Positions 29,801 to 38,689 of a DNA stretch of 64,000 bases are shown piece after piece. This stretch comes from Candidatus Limnocylindria bacterium (lineage in GTDB: Bacteria; Chloroflexota; Limnocylindria; QHBO01). Position numbers and translations under genes: made by a program. The stretch is from assembly GCA_038322875.1 (NCBI GenBank), contig JBBQGI010000002.1, forward strand, positions 4,348 through 68,347. Reading direction: 5' to 3'. Position 1 is the stretch's first letter. Every line of letters begins with the position of its first letter. A model generated the notes under the pieces. It was not told where the DNA came from and did no database searches. It saw only the letters and a list, made by a program, of their open reading frames with translations.

Positions 29801-30305
29801 TGACCCCGGCGGCCTCCTCGAACAGCTGCCTCCGCTCCTCCGGCCTCAGCGAGAGAGCCGCGTCGACGGTGCCCTGTCCGACGACCACCAGCTCGTTGGC
29901 GCCGAGTCGCCCACCGGCGAGCAGCTCAACGACCTCCTTGAGCCGCGCGCGGGCGCCGTTGATCAGGTACTCGGTCTCGCCGGATCGGAAGGCGCGACGA
30001 CCGATCGATACTTCGGCGAAGTCGATCGGCAACCAATGGTCAGTGTTGTCGAGGGTGAGCACCGCCTCGGCCATACCCTGCGGCCGGCGGCCCTGGCTCC
30101 CCGCGAAGATGACATCGTCGGCCCGGCGGGTGCGCAGCGATCGGTTCGATTGCTCGCCGAGGACCCAGCGCACGGCGTCGGCCATGTTGCTCTTGCCTGA
30201 GCCGTTCGGCCCGATCACCGCGGTCACGCCTCGTTCGAAGACGAAGCGAGTCGGGTCGGCAAAGGTCTTGAAGCCGTGGAGTCGCAGTTCCTTCAGGCGG
30301 CTCAT
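26808..30305 (-). CDS. smc: chromosome segregation protein SMC
   Basis: N-terminal Walker A GPNGSGKSN, long coiled coils, hinge, C-terminal LSGGE signature and Walker B. Confidence 0.95.
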   Translation of the reverse strand: MSRLKELRLHGFKTFADPTRFVFERGVTAVIGPNGSGKSNMADAVRWVLGEQSNRSLRTRRADDVIFAGSQGRRPQGMAEAVLTLDNTDHWLPIDFAEVSIGRRAFRSGETEYLINGARARLKEVVELLAGGRLGANELVVVGQGTVDAALSLRPEERRQLFEEAAGVKNLQVRKNEALGRLGRARDNLTRVSDLIAELKPQVRRLALQAQHQEEHDAMGRRAHGLVVEAHRRREVTARESLGEARRRMASAEAALEALRAEESAGRQAIAQAEAGYWEAEGAARSAAERLEHAREARIRTEAVVEGAARRHADLAALIAREEAELAETMATLEVTPDGADPQAESKWEAAREAEGAWRAAAAELDAVDLALVAVEQEFAEAWASAGASIAEAARRDEASMRLRARVEQIEGELQAATTTETEAAAACAPTQAQLVSVTASEVEAVAAMEAADTAAEAAERQAEVDRAQATTLAERIGGLQAELEVLQERAGGDAALGPMLAAAGWQSLIETIDPPQAAWAAIEVLVGGELRQALVWRDAHLADHAATARGSARLLAGEDTGQDEPSAAVREAALAAVRATVTLREWIGTTTGPRLFARTVVAPDLNTLLQGWRNLPPGWCAVTADGDLADERGLLVVRGRADEASGEAARQHARVRELVELVARLESKHEDAGRVAAQSLMAWADARQDRDMAAERHAEVQREAAIARGGQERAEGVLARARDLVQALRVELDDARSATAAGLVDSSGVTPAGGALERLAPAAADARERRALLAAQRDRRRAAWQAAQAAADAIDTGWGDARYQRAVLAARRDQLTGALARDQIALAAMDAERLAAADGIEAATNADREAAEQRAAADAERDRLRAELLDSERAGGGAASRLAELERALQSGAIDAQRLEDELVAIGRERDLAIESLPVADTHAPLVGDGSAPSDLEAASAETIEAELKRVRRTLAQIGSVNPFAIEEHRELARRMDALTVQDADLNAAIGSTEQLIGRLEAEIAGQFNAAFVAIGAKFDEFCRLLFAGGSASLQMSDGSEGELADGIEIAVRPPGKRLQRLAMLSGGERALAGVALLFAMLSVNPVPFCILDEVDAALDEANIGRFADALRLLSQTIDFVVITHNRATIETADTIYGVTMTDAAVSRLLSLRLADLPVEVAVG

Positions 30306-31024
30306 CGGCTCTTGCCGCCGTTCGGCGTGCCGAGCTCAAGCTGGGCAAGTGTGATCGCCGCCGCGTGCTCCTCGGCCCTCTGGCGGCTCGATCCCTGGCC
30401 GATCCCGATCGGCTTCCCGTCGACGATCGCGCTCACGGTGAAGGCATGGCGATGCGGCGGCCCGGCGGTCTCGAGCAGCTCGTACTGCGGCTTGGACCGA
30501 TGATGCCGTTGCGTCCATTCCTGGAGCCGGCTCTTGGCTGACTTGTGCGGGTCGCCCGCACCGGCCGGCGCCAGGCGCGCCGCGAAGATCCGGCGCAACC
30601 AGGTCTGGGTGGCACGCAGGCCGTCGCTGACCGCGATCGCGCCAGCCAGTGCCTCGAAGGTCGCCGCCAGCAGGGACGGGCGGGCCGCTCCGCCGCCATC
30701 GGCCTCGCCGCGGCCGAGGAGCAGAAACTGGTCCAGCCCCAGCCCGATCGCGATCTCGGCAAGCGAGTCGCGGTTCACCAGGGCGGCCCGACGAGCCGTC
30801 AGGAAGCCCTCGTCCTCGCCAGGGAAGCGGTCGTACAGGAGCCGGCTCACGACGTGACCGATAACGGCATCCCCTAGGAACTCGAGCCGCTCGTTGTGGC
30901 CGGGGAGGGCACCGGGATTCTCGTTGAAGTAGGAGCTGTGGACGAACGCCTGGCGAATGGCCTCCGGGTCCCGCAGGACGATGCCGAGTCGCTCACCCAG
31001 CTCGTCGAGACGCGGACTGGCCAT
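30302..31024 (-). CDS. rnc: ribonuclease III
   Basis: ERLEFLGDAV catalytic signature plus dsRBD. Confidence 0.95.
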   Translation of the reverse strand: MASPRLDELGERLGIVLRDPEAIRQAFVHSSYFNENPGALPGHNERLEFLGDAVIGHVVSRLLYDRFPGEDEGFLTARRAALVNRDSLAEIAIGLGLDQFLLLGRGEADGGGAARPSLLAATFEALAGAIAVSDGLRATQTWLRRIFAARLAPAGAGDPHKSAKSRLQEWTQRHHRSKPQYELLETAGPPHRHAFTVSAIVDGKPIGIGQGSSRQRAEEHAAAITLAQLELGTPNGGKSR

Positions 31025-31036
31025 GGCCTCCGATCG

Positions 31037-31279
31037 TTACTGCTGGTGCTCCTCGATGAACTCGACCGCGTCGGAGACCTTCTGGATCTTCTCGGCATCC
31101 TCGTCGGAGATCTCCATGCCGAACTCCTCCTCGAGGCTCATGATCAGCTCCACCAGGTCGAGCGAGTCGGCATTCAGGTCCTCGACGAACGAGGCGGTCG
31201 GCTTGACCTCCTCCTCGTCGACACCCAGCTGTTCGACGATCAGCTTCTTGAGTCGGTCGAACGTCGTTCCGTCGGCCAC
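31037..31279 (-). CDS. acpP: acyl carrier protein
   Basis: DLNADSLD phosphopantetheine attachment motif. Confidence 0.9.
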   Translation of the reverse strand: MADGTTFDRLKKLIVEQLGVDEEEVKPTASFVEDLNADSLDLVELIMSLEEEFGMEISDEDAEKIQKVSDAVEFIEEHQQ

Positions 31280-31281
31280 CG

Positions 31282-31659
31282 TCAGGCTCCTTCAGGCGAT
31301 GATCTAGCAACGCTCCCCAGAACGCCGTTCACAAGGCGGCGAGCTGCGTCCCCGGAGTAGGTCCGGGCGAGGAAAACGGCGTCGTGAATCGTCTCCCCGC
31401 TCGAGGTCGCGGCGGAGTATAGCACCTCCCAGAGGGCGCTCCGGAGGATCGTGCGCTCGACCCGACCGAGCTCGCTGACCGGGATGGCGGGGGCCAGGAC
31501 CGCGATTCGGTCGTCAAGCTCCGATCGTGCAGCGAGGACTCCCTCGACGATCGACCCGGCATGCGCCGCCACCGCCGCGTCGCTGCCATGCTCGGTCACC
31601 AGGCGCTCGAGTGCCTTCGTTGCCTGTGCGGGCCGAAACTCCTCTTCGAAGAGCGCCAT
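31282..31659 (-). CDS. nusB: NusB-family antitermination protein
   Basis: [14 protein letters not shown] and [11 protein letters not shown] resemble NusB motifs ILRIALYEL and KFVNGVLDK; unusual location between plsX and acpP. Confidence 0.6.
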   Translation of the reverse strand: MALFEEEFRPAQATKALERLVTEHGSDAAVAAHAGSIVEGVLAARSELDDRIAVLAPAIPVSELGRVERTILRSALWEVLYSAATSSGETIHDAVFLARTYSGDAARRLVNGVLGSVARSSPEGA

Positions 31660-31730
31660 CAGCGCGAGCCGCCGCGCCTCGAGTCCGGGCCTCGGTCGGA
31701 TCCTGCGGCGGTGTCGAGGCGGAGCGCTGG

Positions 31731-32804
31731 TCAGGCCTCGGCTCCCGGCCCCGCGACCAGGCGCTCGGTCCCGCCGGCGATCAGGTCGGCCGTGTCGCGG
31801 CGGGCAAGCGCGGGATGCTGGCGGGTCCAGTCAGCGATCAGCTCCGGAATGCGGGCGGTGGCCGCTTCCGAGGCGACCCGAATGGCGTTCTCGAGCATGC
31901 GTGCCCGCGCTCGCCCATGGGTCACGATGCTCACTCCCCGCACACCGAGCAGAGGCGCGCCACCGTACTGCTCGTAGTCGAAGCGGTGCTTCATGCGGTC
32001 GAATCCCGGCTTGAGCGCGAGCAACGCCAGCGGGGCCATTGGCCCCTGCTGGAGATCGGTGCGCAGCGACCGGAAGATGTAGCTGGTCAGCCCCTCGAAG
32101 AACTTGATCACCACGTTGCCAATGAATCCGTCACAGACGACGACATCGGCGACATGGCCGACCAGGTCGTTGCCCTCCACGTTGCCGATGAAGTTCACGC
32201 CGCTATCTCGGATACGGCCGTGGGCCTCGCGGGCAAGGGCGTCGCCCTTCTCTGCCTCCTCGCCGATGTTGAGCAGCCCCACGCGGGGGCGCTCCACCTG
32301 CAGCACGTGCTCGGCGTAGATCGAGCCCATCACCGCGTAGTGGACCAGGTTGCTCGCCTCCGAATCGACGTTGGCACCGACGTCGAGCAGCAGGATCGGC
32401 CCGCTGGCCGTAACGAGGTGGGCCGCCAGGGCCGGGCGGTCGATGCCGTCGATGCGGCCGAGTCTGAAGACCGCTGCCGCCATGGTGGCCCCCGTCGAAC
32501 CGGCACTCACCAACGCGTCGGCCAGTCCGTCGCGCACCAGGTCGGTGGCGACACGGATCGAAGAGCGGCGCTTGGCGCGCAATGCCGCGGCGGGATGCTC
32601 CCCCATCTCGATCACCTCGGGCGCATCCACGAATGAGACGCTGGCGGGATGTCCGCGGCCGAATTCGGCGATCTCGGCTTCGATGCGAGGCACGTCACCG
32701 ACCAGAATCACCTCGTCGGCATGCGAGGCGGCGTATGCGATGGCGCCGCGCACGATCTCGCGGGGAGCGAAATCGCCGCCCATCGCGTCGACCGCGATGC
32801 GCAT
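31731..32804 (-). CDS. plsX: phosphate acyltransferase PlsX
   Basis: MRIAVDAMGGDFAP start (M28 of ORF). Confidence 0.9.
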   Translation of the reverse strand: MRIAVDAMGGDFAPREIVRGAIAYAASHADEVILVGDVPRIEAEIAEFGRGHPASVSFVDAPEVIEMGEHPAAALRAKRRSSIRVATDLVRDGLADALVSAGSTGATMAAAVFRLGRIDGIDRPALAAHLVTASGPILLLDVGANVDSEASNLVHYAVMGSIYAEHVLQVERPRVGLLNIGEEAEKGDALAREAHGRIRDSGVNFIGNVEGNDLVGHVADVVVCDGFIGNVVIKFFEGLTSYIFRSLRTDLQQGPMAPLALLALKPGFDRMKHRFDYEQYGGAPLLGVRGVSIVTHGRARARMLENAIRVASEAATARIPELIADWTRQHPALARRDTADLIAGGTERLVAGPGAEA

Positions 32805-32817
32805 CAGCGGCGCCGGC

Positions 32818-33021
32818 TCACCGCTGGCCTTCGGCCGGCGCGGTCGGTTCGATGGCCACCGCCTCGCGACCGTCGTAGTAGCCACAGGTCGGGCAGACGT
32901 GATGCGCGAGCTTCAGCTCATGGCAATGCGAGCACTCGACCAGTGGCGGAGCGCTGATCGCCAGGTGCGAGCGCCGTTCGCCCTGGCGCGCCTTCGAGAC
33001 CTTTCGCTTGGGGACGCCCAC
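32818..33021 (-). CDS. rpmF: 50S ribosomal protein L32
   Basis: [19 protein letters not shown] plus Cys4 zinc ribbon. Confidence 0.9.
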   Translation of the reverse strand: MGVPKRKVSKARQGERRSHLAISAPPLVECSHCHELKLAHHVCPTCGYYDGREAVAIEPTAPAEGQR

Positions 33022-33099
33022 GCGCGACTCCTACATCGGTGATTCAGGGACCCGCAGTATACCGGGCGACCCGCCACCCGGCGAACGCCTGACTGGAGC

Positions 33100-33636
33100 T
33101 CAGTCGCCCGGCAGGTCGAGCAGCCGTGCCAGCACGGCGAGGCGTGGATCAGGCTCGTCCTCGACGCAGTCGCAGCTCCCGACATCGAGGTGGCGGCCGC
33201 ACCCCGAGCAGAGCCCCGGGCAGTCGGGTCGACAGAGCGGATGCATCGGCTCGGTGAGCGCCAGCTCATCGTGCAGCACCGGGGTGAGGTCGATCTGGTG
33301 CTGGGCGTCGATCGCGAGCGCCTCTTCGTCCGGGGCCGGCGCCGGAAGCGGCGCGCCGCGAACCGGATCGACCGTCGGCAGATACTCCTCGGCGAGCTGG
33401 AGGCTGACCGTCTCGACGTACGGTTCGAGGCAGCGCGCGCAGGTGCGTCGCAGTGGGGCCTCGACGGTGCCGCGCACTAGGATCCCGCGGTTCGTGCGCT
33501 GCAGCCGAACAATGCCGTCGATCGGTCCGGCCAGCTCGACGTCGGAGCCAACGGCAAGATAGCGGTCGCGCAGGGCAACCTCGCGGATAGCTCCCGACGG
33601 TTCCTGGAGCATCGCCGCCACGTTGAAGAGGATCAC
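33100..33636 (-). CDS. yceD: YceD/DUF177 family protein
   Basis: Conserved partner immediately upstream of rpmF; C-terminal CxxC...CxxC. Confidence 0.8.
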   Translation of the reverse strand: MILFNVAAMLQEPSGAIREVALRDRYLAVGSDVELAGPIDGIVRLQRTNRGILVRGTVEAPLRRTCARCLEPYVETVSLQLAEEYLPTVDPVRGAPLPAPAPDEEALAIDAQHQIDLTPVLHDELALTEPMHPLCRPDCPGLCSGCGRHLDVGSCDCVEDEPDPRLAVLARLLDLPGD

Positions 33637-34088
33637 GGCTGAGTGGAGGGCTCCAGGGCTTCCTGTCCAACCTCGAACGGGAGCTTCCCGTCCCCGGCGT
33701 CCTCGGGCGCGAGACGCGGCGGGCGATGGCGTTCATCCAGCATGTCGATCCCACGCTTGATGCTGGTCAGCGCCTTGATGCACTCCCCCTCGAGCCGAAT
33801 CAGGACCCCGGCGGCGTACTCATCACCGCCGTGCCGGATCTCGGCAGCCTCCCGAGTGGCGGTCTCGATGATCTCGCCGGCACGCTCCTTGGCCAACCGC
33901 ACCAGCTCCCGGTCCTCGAGCATGCGAGCGGCCTGCTCCTGCGCGCGGGCGATCACCGCCTCACCCTCTTCGCGGGCGCGTTCGGTGATGCGCCCTGCCT
34001 CCTCGGTGATGCGGCGCGCCTGGGTCACCTCCGGCGGCACGGCGGCCCGCAGCTGATCGATCAGCTCGAGCACCGCGGCCTGGTCCAT
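33633..34088 (-). CDS. hypothetical coiled-coil protein (Glu/Ala/Arg-rich)
   Basis: 151-aa ORF starting MDQAAVLELIDQLRAAV, embedded in the longer 33633..34736 ORF that overlaps coaD in another frame; start uncertain. Confidence 0.45.
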   Translation of the reverse strand: MDQAAVLELIDQLRAAVPPEVTQARRITEEAGRITERAREEGEAVIARAQEQAARMLEDRELVRLAKERAGEIIETATREAAEIRHGGDEYAAGVLIRLEGECIKALTSIKRGIDMLDERHRPPRLAPEDAGDGKLPFEVGQEALEPSTQP

Positions 34089-34191
34089 GACCACGTTGTT
34101 GGTGAGGGGCAGCTTGCGCGCGCTCGCCGCGAGCGACTCCAACCGCTCAACCAGGAAGATGATGTCCGTGGCTCCGCCCTCCCGCGACGAG

Positions 34192-34222
34192 ACGTACGTG
34201 GCGCGGATTATAGCCGCGCCAC
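34192..34222. promoter_or_regulatory. perfect 9-bp inverted repeat GTGGCGCGG-attatag-CCGCGCCAC enclosing TATAAT (on minus strand), 6 nt downstream of coaD stop
   Basis: Read directly from sequence; the only TATAAT in this GC-rich window. Confidence 0.5.
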
Positions 34223-34228
34223 CCGGCC

Positions 34229-34720
34229 TCAGCCTGACGCGGAGAAGCGCGCCCGCAGCGCGTCGGCAACCGATGCGGGGACCATGTCGCCGATCTCGCC
34301 GCCGAACTGGGCGACCTCCTTGGCCAGGCTGCTCGACAGATAGCCGTAGTCGAGGGCCGACATCAGGAAGACGGTGTCGACGCCTGGTTGCAGCTTGCGG
34401 TTGGTGTGGGCCATCTGCAGTTCGGCCTCGAAGTCGCTCACGGCGCGCAGGCCGCGCACGATGAAGCGGGCCTCCCGGCTGCGGGCGAAGTCGACCGTCA
34501 GCCCGTCGAAGCCGGCGACCTCCACGTTGGACCCGAACTCTGTCACCGCCGCGCTGATCTGGGCGATCCGCTCCTCGACGCTGAAGAGCGGCGTCTTGCG
34601 CGGGTTGTTCAGCACGCCGACCACCAACCGATCGAAGAGCGCGGCGGCTCGACGCGCGACGTCGAGATGCGCATTGGTCATCGGGTCGAACGAGCCGGGG
34701 AAGACGGCGACGCGGCTCAT
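34229..34720 (-). CDS. coaD: phosphopantetheine adenylyltransferase
   Basis: VFPGSFDPMTNAHLD motif. Confidence 0.95.
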   Translation of the reverse strand: MSRVAVFPGSFDPMTNAHLDVARRAAALFDRLVVGVLNNPRKTPLFSVEERIAQISAAVTEFGSNVEVAGFDGLTVDFARSREARFIVRGLRAVSDFEAELQMAHTNRKLQPGVDTVFLMSALDYGYLSSSLAKEVAQFGGEIGDMVPASVADALRARFSASG

Positions 34721-35277
34721 GGCTCCTCCAGTTCATCGGTCCCGCCGGCGGCCAGAAACGTCAGCGCGGTCTCGCCGAAGCGACGCTCGCGCCAGCGCGT
34801 GAGGCCGGCCACCTCGGGGATCTGCGTGCGCCAGAAGTGCTTGACCACCACTGCCGCGCCAGGCGCCAGGTGCGGGACCAGGCGCTCGAGCGGCGCGAGA
34901 ATATCACGCTCCTCGTATGGCGGATCCAGGAAGGCGAGGTCATACGCCCCGGCCGCGAAGTGGGTGAGGTGATGTATCACATCCGCCTGGTGCACCGATC
35001 CCCGATCATCCAGGCCCGTGCGCTCGAGATTCTCGCGGATCGCGGCCGCGGCATGGCGAGCGACCTCCACGAAATCGGAGTGCGTCGCCCCTCGCGACAG
35101 CGCCTCGATGCCGATCGCTCCGCTGCCTGCATACAGGTCGAGCACCCGCGCATCGGGCGTGCGGTCGCCCAGGATGGCGAAGAGGGTCTCCTTCACGCGG
35201 TCGGCGATCGGACGCGTCCCGGAGTCGCGCGGCGCGACCAGGTGGCGACCACGCGCGATGCCGGCGATGACCCGCAT
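34717..35277 (-). CDS. rsmD: 16S rRNA (guanine966-N2)-methyltransferase
   Basis: DLYAGSGAIGIEALSRGA and DPPY motifs. Confidence 0.9.
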   Translation of the reverse strand: MRVIAGIARGRHLVAPRDSGTRPIADRVKETLFAILGDRTPDARVLDLYAGSGAIGIEALSRGATHSDFVEVARHAAAAIRENLERTGLDDRGSVHQADVIHHLTHFAAGAYDLAFLDPPYEERDILAPLERLVPHLAPGAAVVVKHFWRTQIPEVAGLTRWRERRFGETALTFLAAGGTDELEEP

Positions 35278-37412
35278 CAGGCGGCGTCCCCCTCGTCCTC
35301 GGCAGCCGCGAAGTCGTCGCGCAGGCGGACCAGCTCGGGCCGCGAGGTCAGCCCGGGATCGGCCGCGACGAGGGCGCGAGCCAGCGTGCCGGCGCGCTCA
35401 GCGAGCGCCAGGTGGCGTGGCTCGAATAGCGACGCCACCTGTAGCGGCGGGAGCCCCGACTGGCGCGTGCCGAGCAGGTTGCCGGCGCCGCGCAGCCGCA
35501 GATCGGCCTCGGCGATCGCGAAGCCGTCGGTCGAGGAGCGCACCACCTCGAGCCGCTCTCGGGCGCGCTCATCGACGGCGTCGGTGAGGAGGATGCAGAA
35601 CGACTGCTCGGCGCCGCGGCCAACGCGCCCGCGCAGTTGGTGCAGCTGGGCGAGGCCGAAGCGGTCCGCGTCCTCGACCAGCATCACCGAGGCATTGGGC
35701 ACGTCGATGCCAACCTCGATCACGGTGGTGGCGACAAGGATGTCCAGCGCCCCGGCGGCGAATGCGGCCATCGTGCCGTCCCGCTCGTCGGCTCGTTGCT
35801 GACCATGCACGATGCCGATGCGCATGTCTGGCAGGGCGGCGCGCAGACGCTCCACCTCGGCCTCGGCCGATGCGGCGCTCTGCGCCTCGCTCTCCGTCAC
35901 AAGCGGAACCACGACGAATGCCTGCCGTCCGGCACTCGCCTCTGATGCAAGGAAGGCCTCGATCTTCGGCAGCGCGGTCCGATCGCGGATCTCCGTGCGG
36001 ATCGCGCGACGGCCGGGGGGCAGCTCGTGGATGGAGCTGATGGCAAGGTCCGCGTAGAAGGTGAGGGCCAGCGTGCGCGGGATGGGCGTCGCGGTTAGCG
36101 CCAGCAGGTGCGGCTCGAGCCCGGCGCCCTTCGCCTGCAGCGCGGCGCGTTGCGCGACGCCGAAGCGGTGCTGCTCGTCGACCACGGCGAGTCCCAGTCG
36201 GTGAAAGGTGACCGCCTCGCTGATGACGGCGTGGGTGCCGATGACGACCTCCGCCTCCCCCGCCTCGATCGCGTCGTGGATGCGGCCCTTGACCGTGGGG
36301 CTTAGCGATCCCGAGAGAAACTCGGCTCGCACGCCGAGGCGTTCGAGCAGTGGTGCCAACCCCAGGTGGTGCTGGCGCGCGAGGATCTCCGTCGGGGCCA
36401 TCAGGACAGCCTGCCAGCCCGCTCGCACGACGCCGGCCAGCGCGACGGCAGCGACCGCCGTCTTGCCACTGCCGACGTCCCCCTGCAGCAGGCGCCGCAT
36501 CGGCTGATCCGAGCCCAGGTCGGCCACGATCTCATCAACGGCCTTCCGCTGGTCGCTGGTCAGCTCGAAGGGAAGCGCGCCGATGAGGGCGGCGAGCTCG
36601 TCGGCGCCGATGCTGACGCTGGCGGCCCGCAGGTCGGCGCGCATCGCCCGCGCCTGCGCCATCGTCAGCTGCAGTGCCAGCAGCTCGTCGTAGGCGAGCC
36701 GGTCGAGCGCCTCAGCCACGTCGGCCGCCTCCCCAGGGAAATGGGCTGCGCGCAGCGCCTCGCCCAGCTGAGGCAGGTCACCTCGCTCAGCGTCCAGCAA
36801 CGGATCATCGACCCCCGGCAGCGCCCGCTCGAGGACCCGTGCCAGCAGCTCGCGGACGCGTCGCTGGGTCACGCCGCCCGCGAGCCGGTAGACCGGCACC
36901 ACGCGGGCGGTGTGGACCGACTCATGCCCGACCGGCGAGAACTCGGGCGCGGTGAACTGCGGCCGCCAGCCGTGGAAGGTGACCTTGCCGCTCACCACTA
37001 TCTCGGCGCCCGGCTCGAGACGGCGCTCGACATAACGCTTCCCGAACCAGATCGCCTCGGCGGTGCCGGTCAGGTCCGAGAGCTGCGCGATGACCCGCTG
37101 AGGGCGACGCCGGAAGCCCGGCTCGACCTCCACGCTCACCACCCGCACTCGAGCCGATTGCTTCTCGTCGGCCACGAGATCGCCGAGCGGGCGAAGGTCG
37201 CTGAAGTCGTCGTAGCGGAAGGGAAGGTAGAAGAGCGCCTGGCGCGGGGTGAGGATGCCGAGCCGTCCGAGGGCCGCCGACCCGCGTGCCAGCTCAGGAA
37301 GGACCGAGCGGATCGGCCGATCGAGGTCCTCGGAGGTCAGGTCTCGACGGCTCGCGGCGGCCGCTGACGTCATCGCACCGAGCCGGGATGCGGGCCAGCT
37401 GCGAAGTCGCAA
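35277..37412 (-). CDS. recG: ATP-dependent DNA helicase RecG
   Basis: Wedge domain, helicase motifs GDVGSGKT, DEQHRFGV, QLRGRVGRG. Confidence 0.95.
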   Translation of the reverse strand: MRLRSWPASRLGAMTSAAAASRRDLTSEDLDRPIRSVLPELARGSAALGRLGILTPRQALFYLPFRYDDFSDLRPLGDLVADEKQSARVRVVSVEVEPGFRRRPQRVIAQLSDLTGTAEAIWFGKRYVERRLEPGAEIVVSGKVTFHGWRPQFTAPEFSPVGHESVHTARVVPVYRLAGGVTQRRVRELLARVLERALPGVDDPLLDAERGDLPQLGEALRAAHFPGEAADVAEALDRLAYDELLALQLTMAQARAMRADLRAASVSIGADELAALIGALPFELTSDQRKAVDEIVADLGSDQPMRRLLQGDVGSGKTAVAAVALAGVVRAGWQAVLMAPTEILARQHHLGLAPLLERLGVRAEFLSGSLSPTVKGRIHDAIEAGEAEVVIGTHAVISEAVTFHRLGLAVVDEQHRFGVAQRAALQAKGAGLEPHLLALTATPIPRTLALTFYADLAISSIHELPPGRRAIRTEIRDRTALPKIEAFLASEASAGRQAFVVVPLVTESEAQSAASAEAEVERLRAALPDMRIGIVHGQQRADERDGTMAAFAAGALDILVATTVIEVGIDVPNASVMLVEDADRFGLAQLHQLRGRVGRGAEQSFCILLTDAVDERARERLEVVRSSTDGFAIAEADLRLRGAGNLLGTRQSGLPPLQVASLFEPRHLALAERAGTLARALVAADPGLTSRPELVRLRDDFAAAEDEGDAA

Positions 37413-37945
37413 ACGTCCTCATACGGCGGCCGCCAGCCGTCGACAGTATCAACGACGAGGGTCGCGATCGGAAGGTCGAGTGGCTCGAAGCGTCCTGCCG
37501 TCAGGTCGTCGGCGAGGGCCGCGGTTCGATCGGCATCGAGGTGCGCTGGATGTCGGCTTCCCTGGTCGTACCGCTCTCGATATCGCCGCAGCACAATATC
37601 TGGCGCAGCCGTGCATTGGATGAGACGGGGATCACTCCGCGCGACGAGTGGCCGAAGTTCTGGCTCCGACACGCCTCGGCGGAAGTTGCTCTCGATGATG
37701 ACTCCGGTCGGTGCTTCCAATAGCCGCTGAGCAATGAAGTAGAGCATTGTGTAGGCGACCGCGCCGAGTTGCATCGAGGCAGCCAGGTCCCGTAGGACGC
37801 CCGTGGCGTCGGCAAGCGACTCCTTCAGCTCATCCTTCGAGATCAGTGGCATGCGCAGGTCGGAAGCCAGGCGGTGCGCCAGCGTCGTCTTGCCACTCCC
37901 AGGAGCGCCCGAGACGATGATCAGCGTCGGCGAGCTCAATTGCAT
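37370..37945 (-). CDS. P-loop kinase / AAA_33-like ATP-binding protein
   Basis: MQLSSPTLIIVSGAPGSGKTTLA Walker A at N-terminus (M86 of ORF); 3' end overlaps recG start by ~43 nt. Confidence 0.6.
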   Translation of the reverse strand: MQLSSPTLIIVSGAPGSGKTTLAHRLASDLRMPLISKDELKESLADATGVLRDLAASMQLGAVAYTMLYFIAQRLLEAPTGVIIESNFRRGVSEPELRPLVARSDPRLIQCTAAPDIVLRRYRERYDQGSRHPAHLDADRTAALADDLTAGRFEPLDLPIATLVVDTVDGWRPPYEDVCDFAAGPHPGSVR

Positions 37946-37960
37946 GCCCCGATCGTACCG

Positions 37961-37969
37961 TGCTAGGAT
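37961..37969 (+). promoter_or_regulatory. extended -10-like TGCTAGGAT upstream of rpmB
   Basis: 60 nt upstream of rpmB TTG start. Confidence 0.3.
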
Positions 37970-38030
37970 CGGGCCGTTCCGGCGGCGCCGAGATCTGGTG
38001 CGCCGATTCCTTGGTGAATGGAGACCTGAA

Positions 38031-38222
38031 TTGGCTCGATCCTGCGAGATCTGCGGCAAGCGCCCGATCACCGGCTGGAATCCGCAGTCGGTCGGCATGA
38101 ACCGCAAGCGCGCGCTGCGCCGCTGGCTGCCAAACCTGCAGCCGATGGTCGTCCAGCGCAACGGTTCGCCGGTTCGCATCCGGGCCTGCTCGCGCTGCAT
38201 CCGGACCGCCGAAAAGGTCTGA
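38031..38222 (+). CDS. rpmB: 50S ribosomal protein L28 (Cys4 zinc-ribbon type)
   Basis: TTG start giving M-ARSCEICGKRPITGWNPQS; GGAGA SD 6 nt upstream. Confidence 0.85.
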   Translation: MARSCEICGKRPITGWNPQSVGMNRKRALRRWLPNLQPMVVQRNGSPVRIRACSRCIRTAEKV

Positions 38223-38684
38223 TCAGGCCTCGCTGACGGCCTCCGGGCCGGCCTCCAGGACCAGGGTGAACGGACCGTCGTTCACCAGCTCGAGCTCCAT
38301 CTCCGCCCCAAACCGGCCCGTCTCCACGTGGCTCCCCGCCGCGCGCAGGCGTTGGACGAAGTGATCCACCATCGGCTCCGCAAGTTCGGGCGGCGCCGCG
38401 TTCGTGAACCCGGGGCGACGGCCGCGGCTAAGGTCCGCCAGCAGCGTGAACTGGCTGACAACAAGGTAGGCGCCATCCACGTCGGCGATCGCCAGGTTGG
38501 TGCGTCCGGTGGCGTCCTCGAAGTAGCGCAGGACGAGGAGCTTGTCTGCGAGGCGATCCACCACCTCGGCGGTGTCGTCGACGCCGATCCCGACGAGGAC
38601 GGCAGCACCGCGACCGATCTCACCCAGTAACCTGGTGCCGGTCCGCACCTGGGCGCGGCTGACACGTTGGATGACGAGCCGCAC
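38223..38684 (-). CDS. dtd: D-aminoacyl-tRNA deacylase
   Basis: MRLVIQRVSRAQV start, SQFTL motif. Confidence 0.9.
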   Translation of the reverse strand: MRLVIQRVSRAQVRTGTRLLGEIGRGAAVLVGIGVDDTAEVVDRLADKLLVLRYFEDATGRTNLAIADVDGAYLVVSQFTLLADLSRGRRPGFTNAAPPELAEPMVDHFVQRLRAAGSHVETGRFGAEMELELVNDGPFTLVLEAGPEAVSEA

Positions 38685-38689
38685 GGCGG

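Noticed and set aside
33633-34736. Single 367-aa ORF spanning yceD junction to coaD
   Set aside because: The upstream half overlaps the strongly supported coaD frame; only the C-terminal 151 aa (from MDQAAV) looks like a real coiled-coil protein
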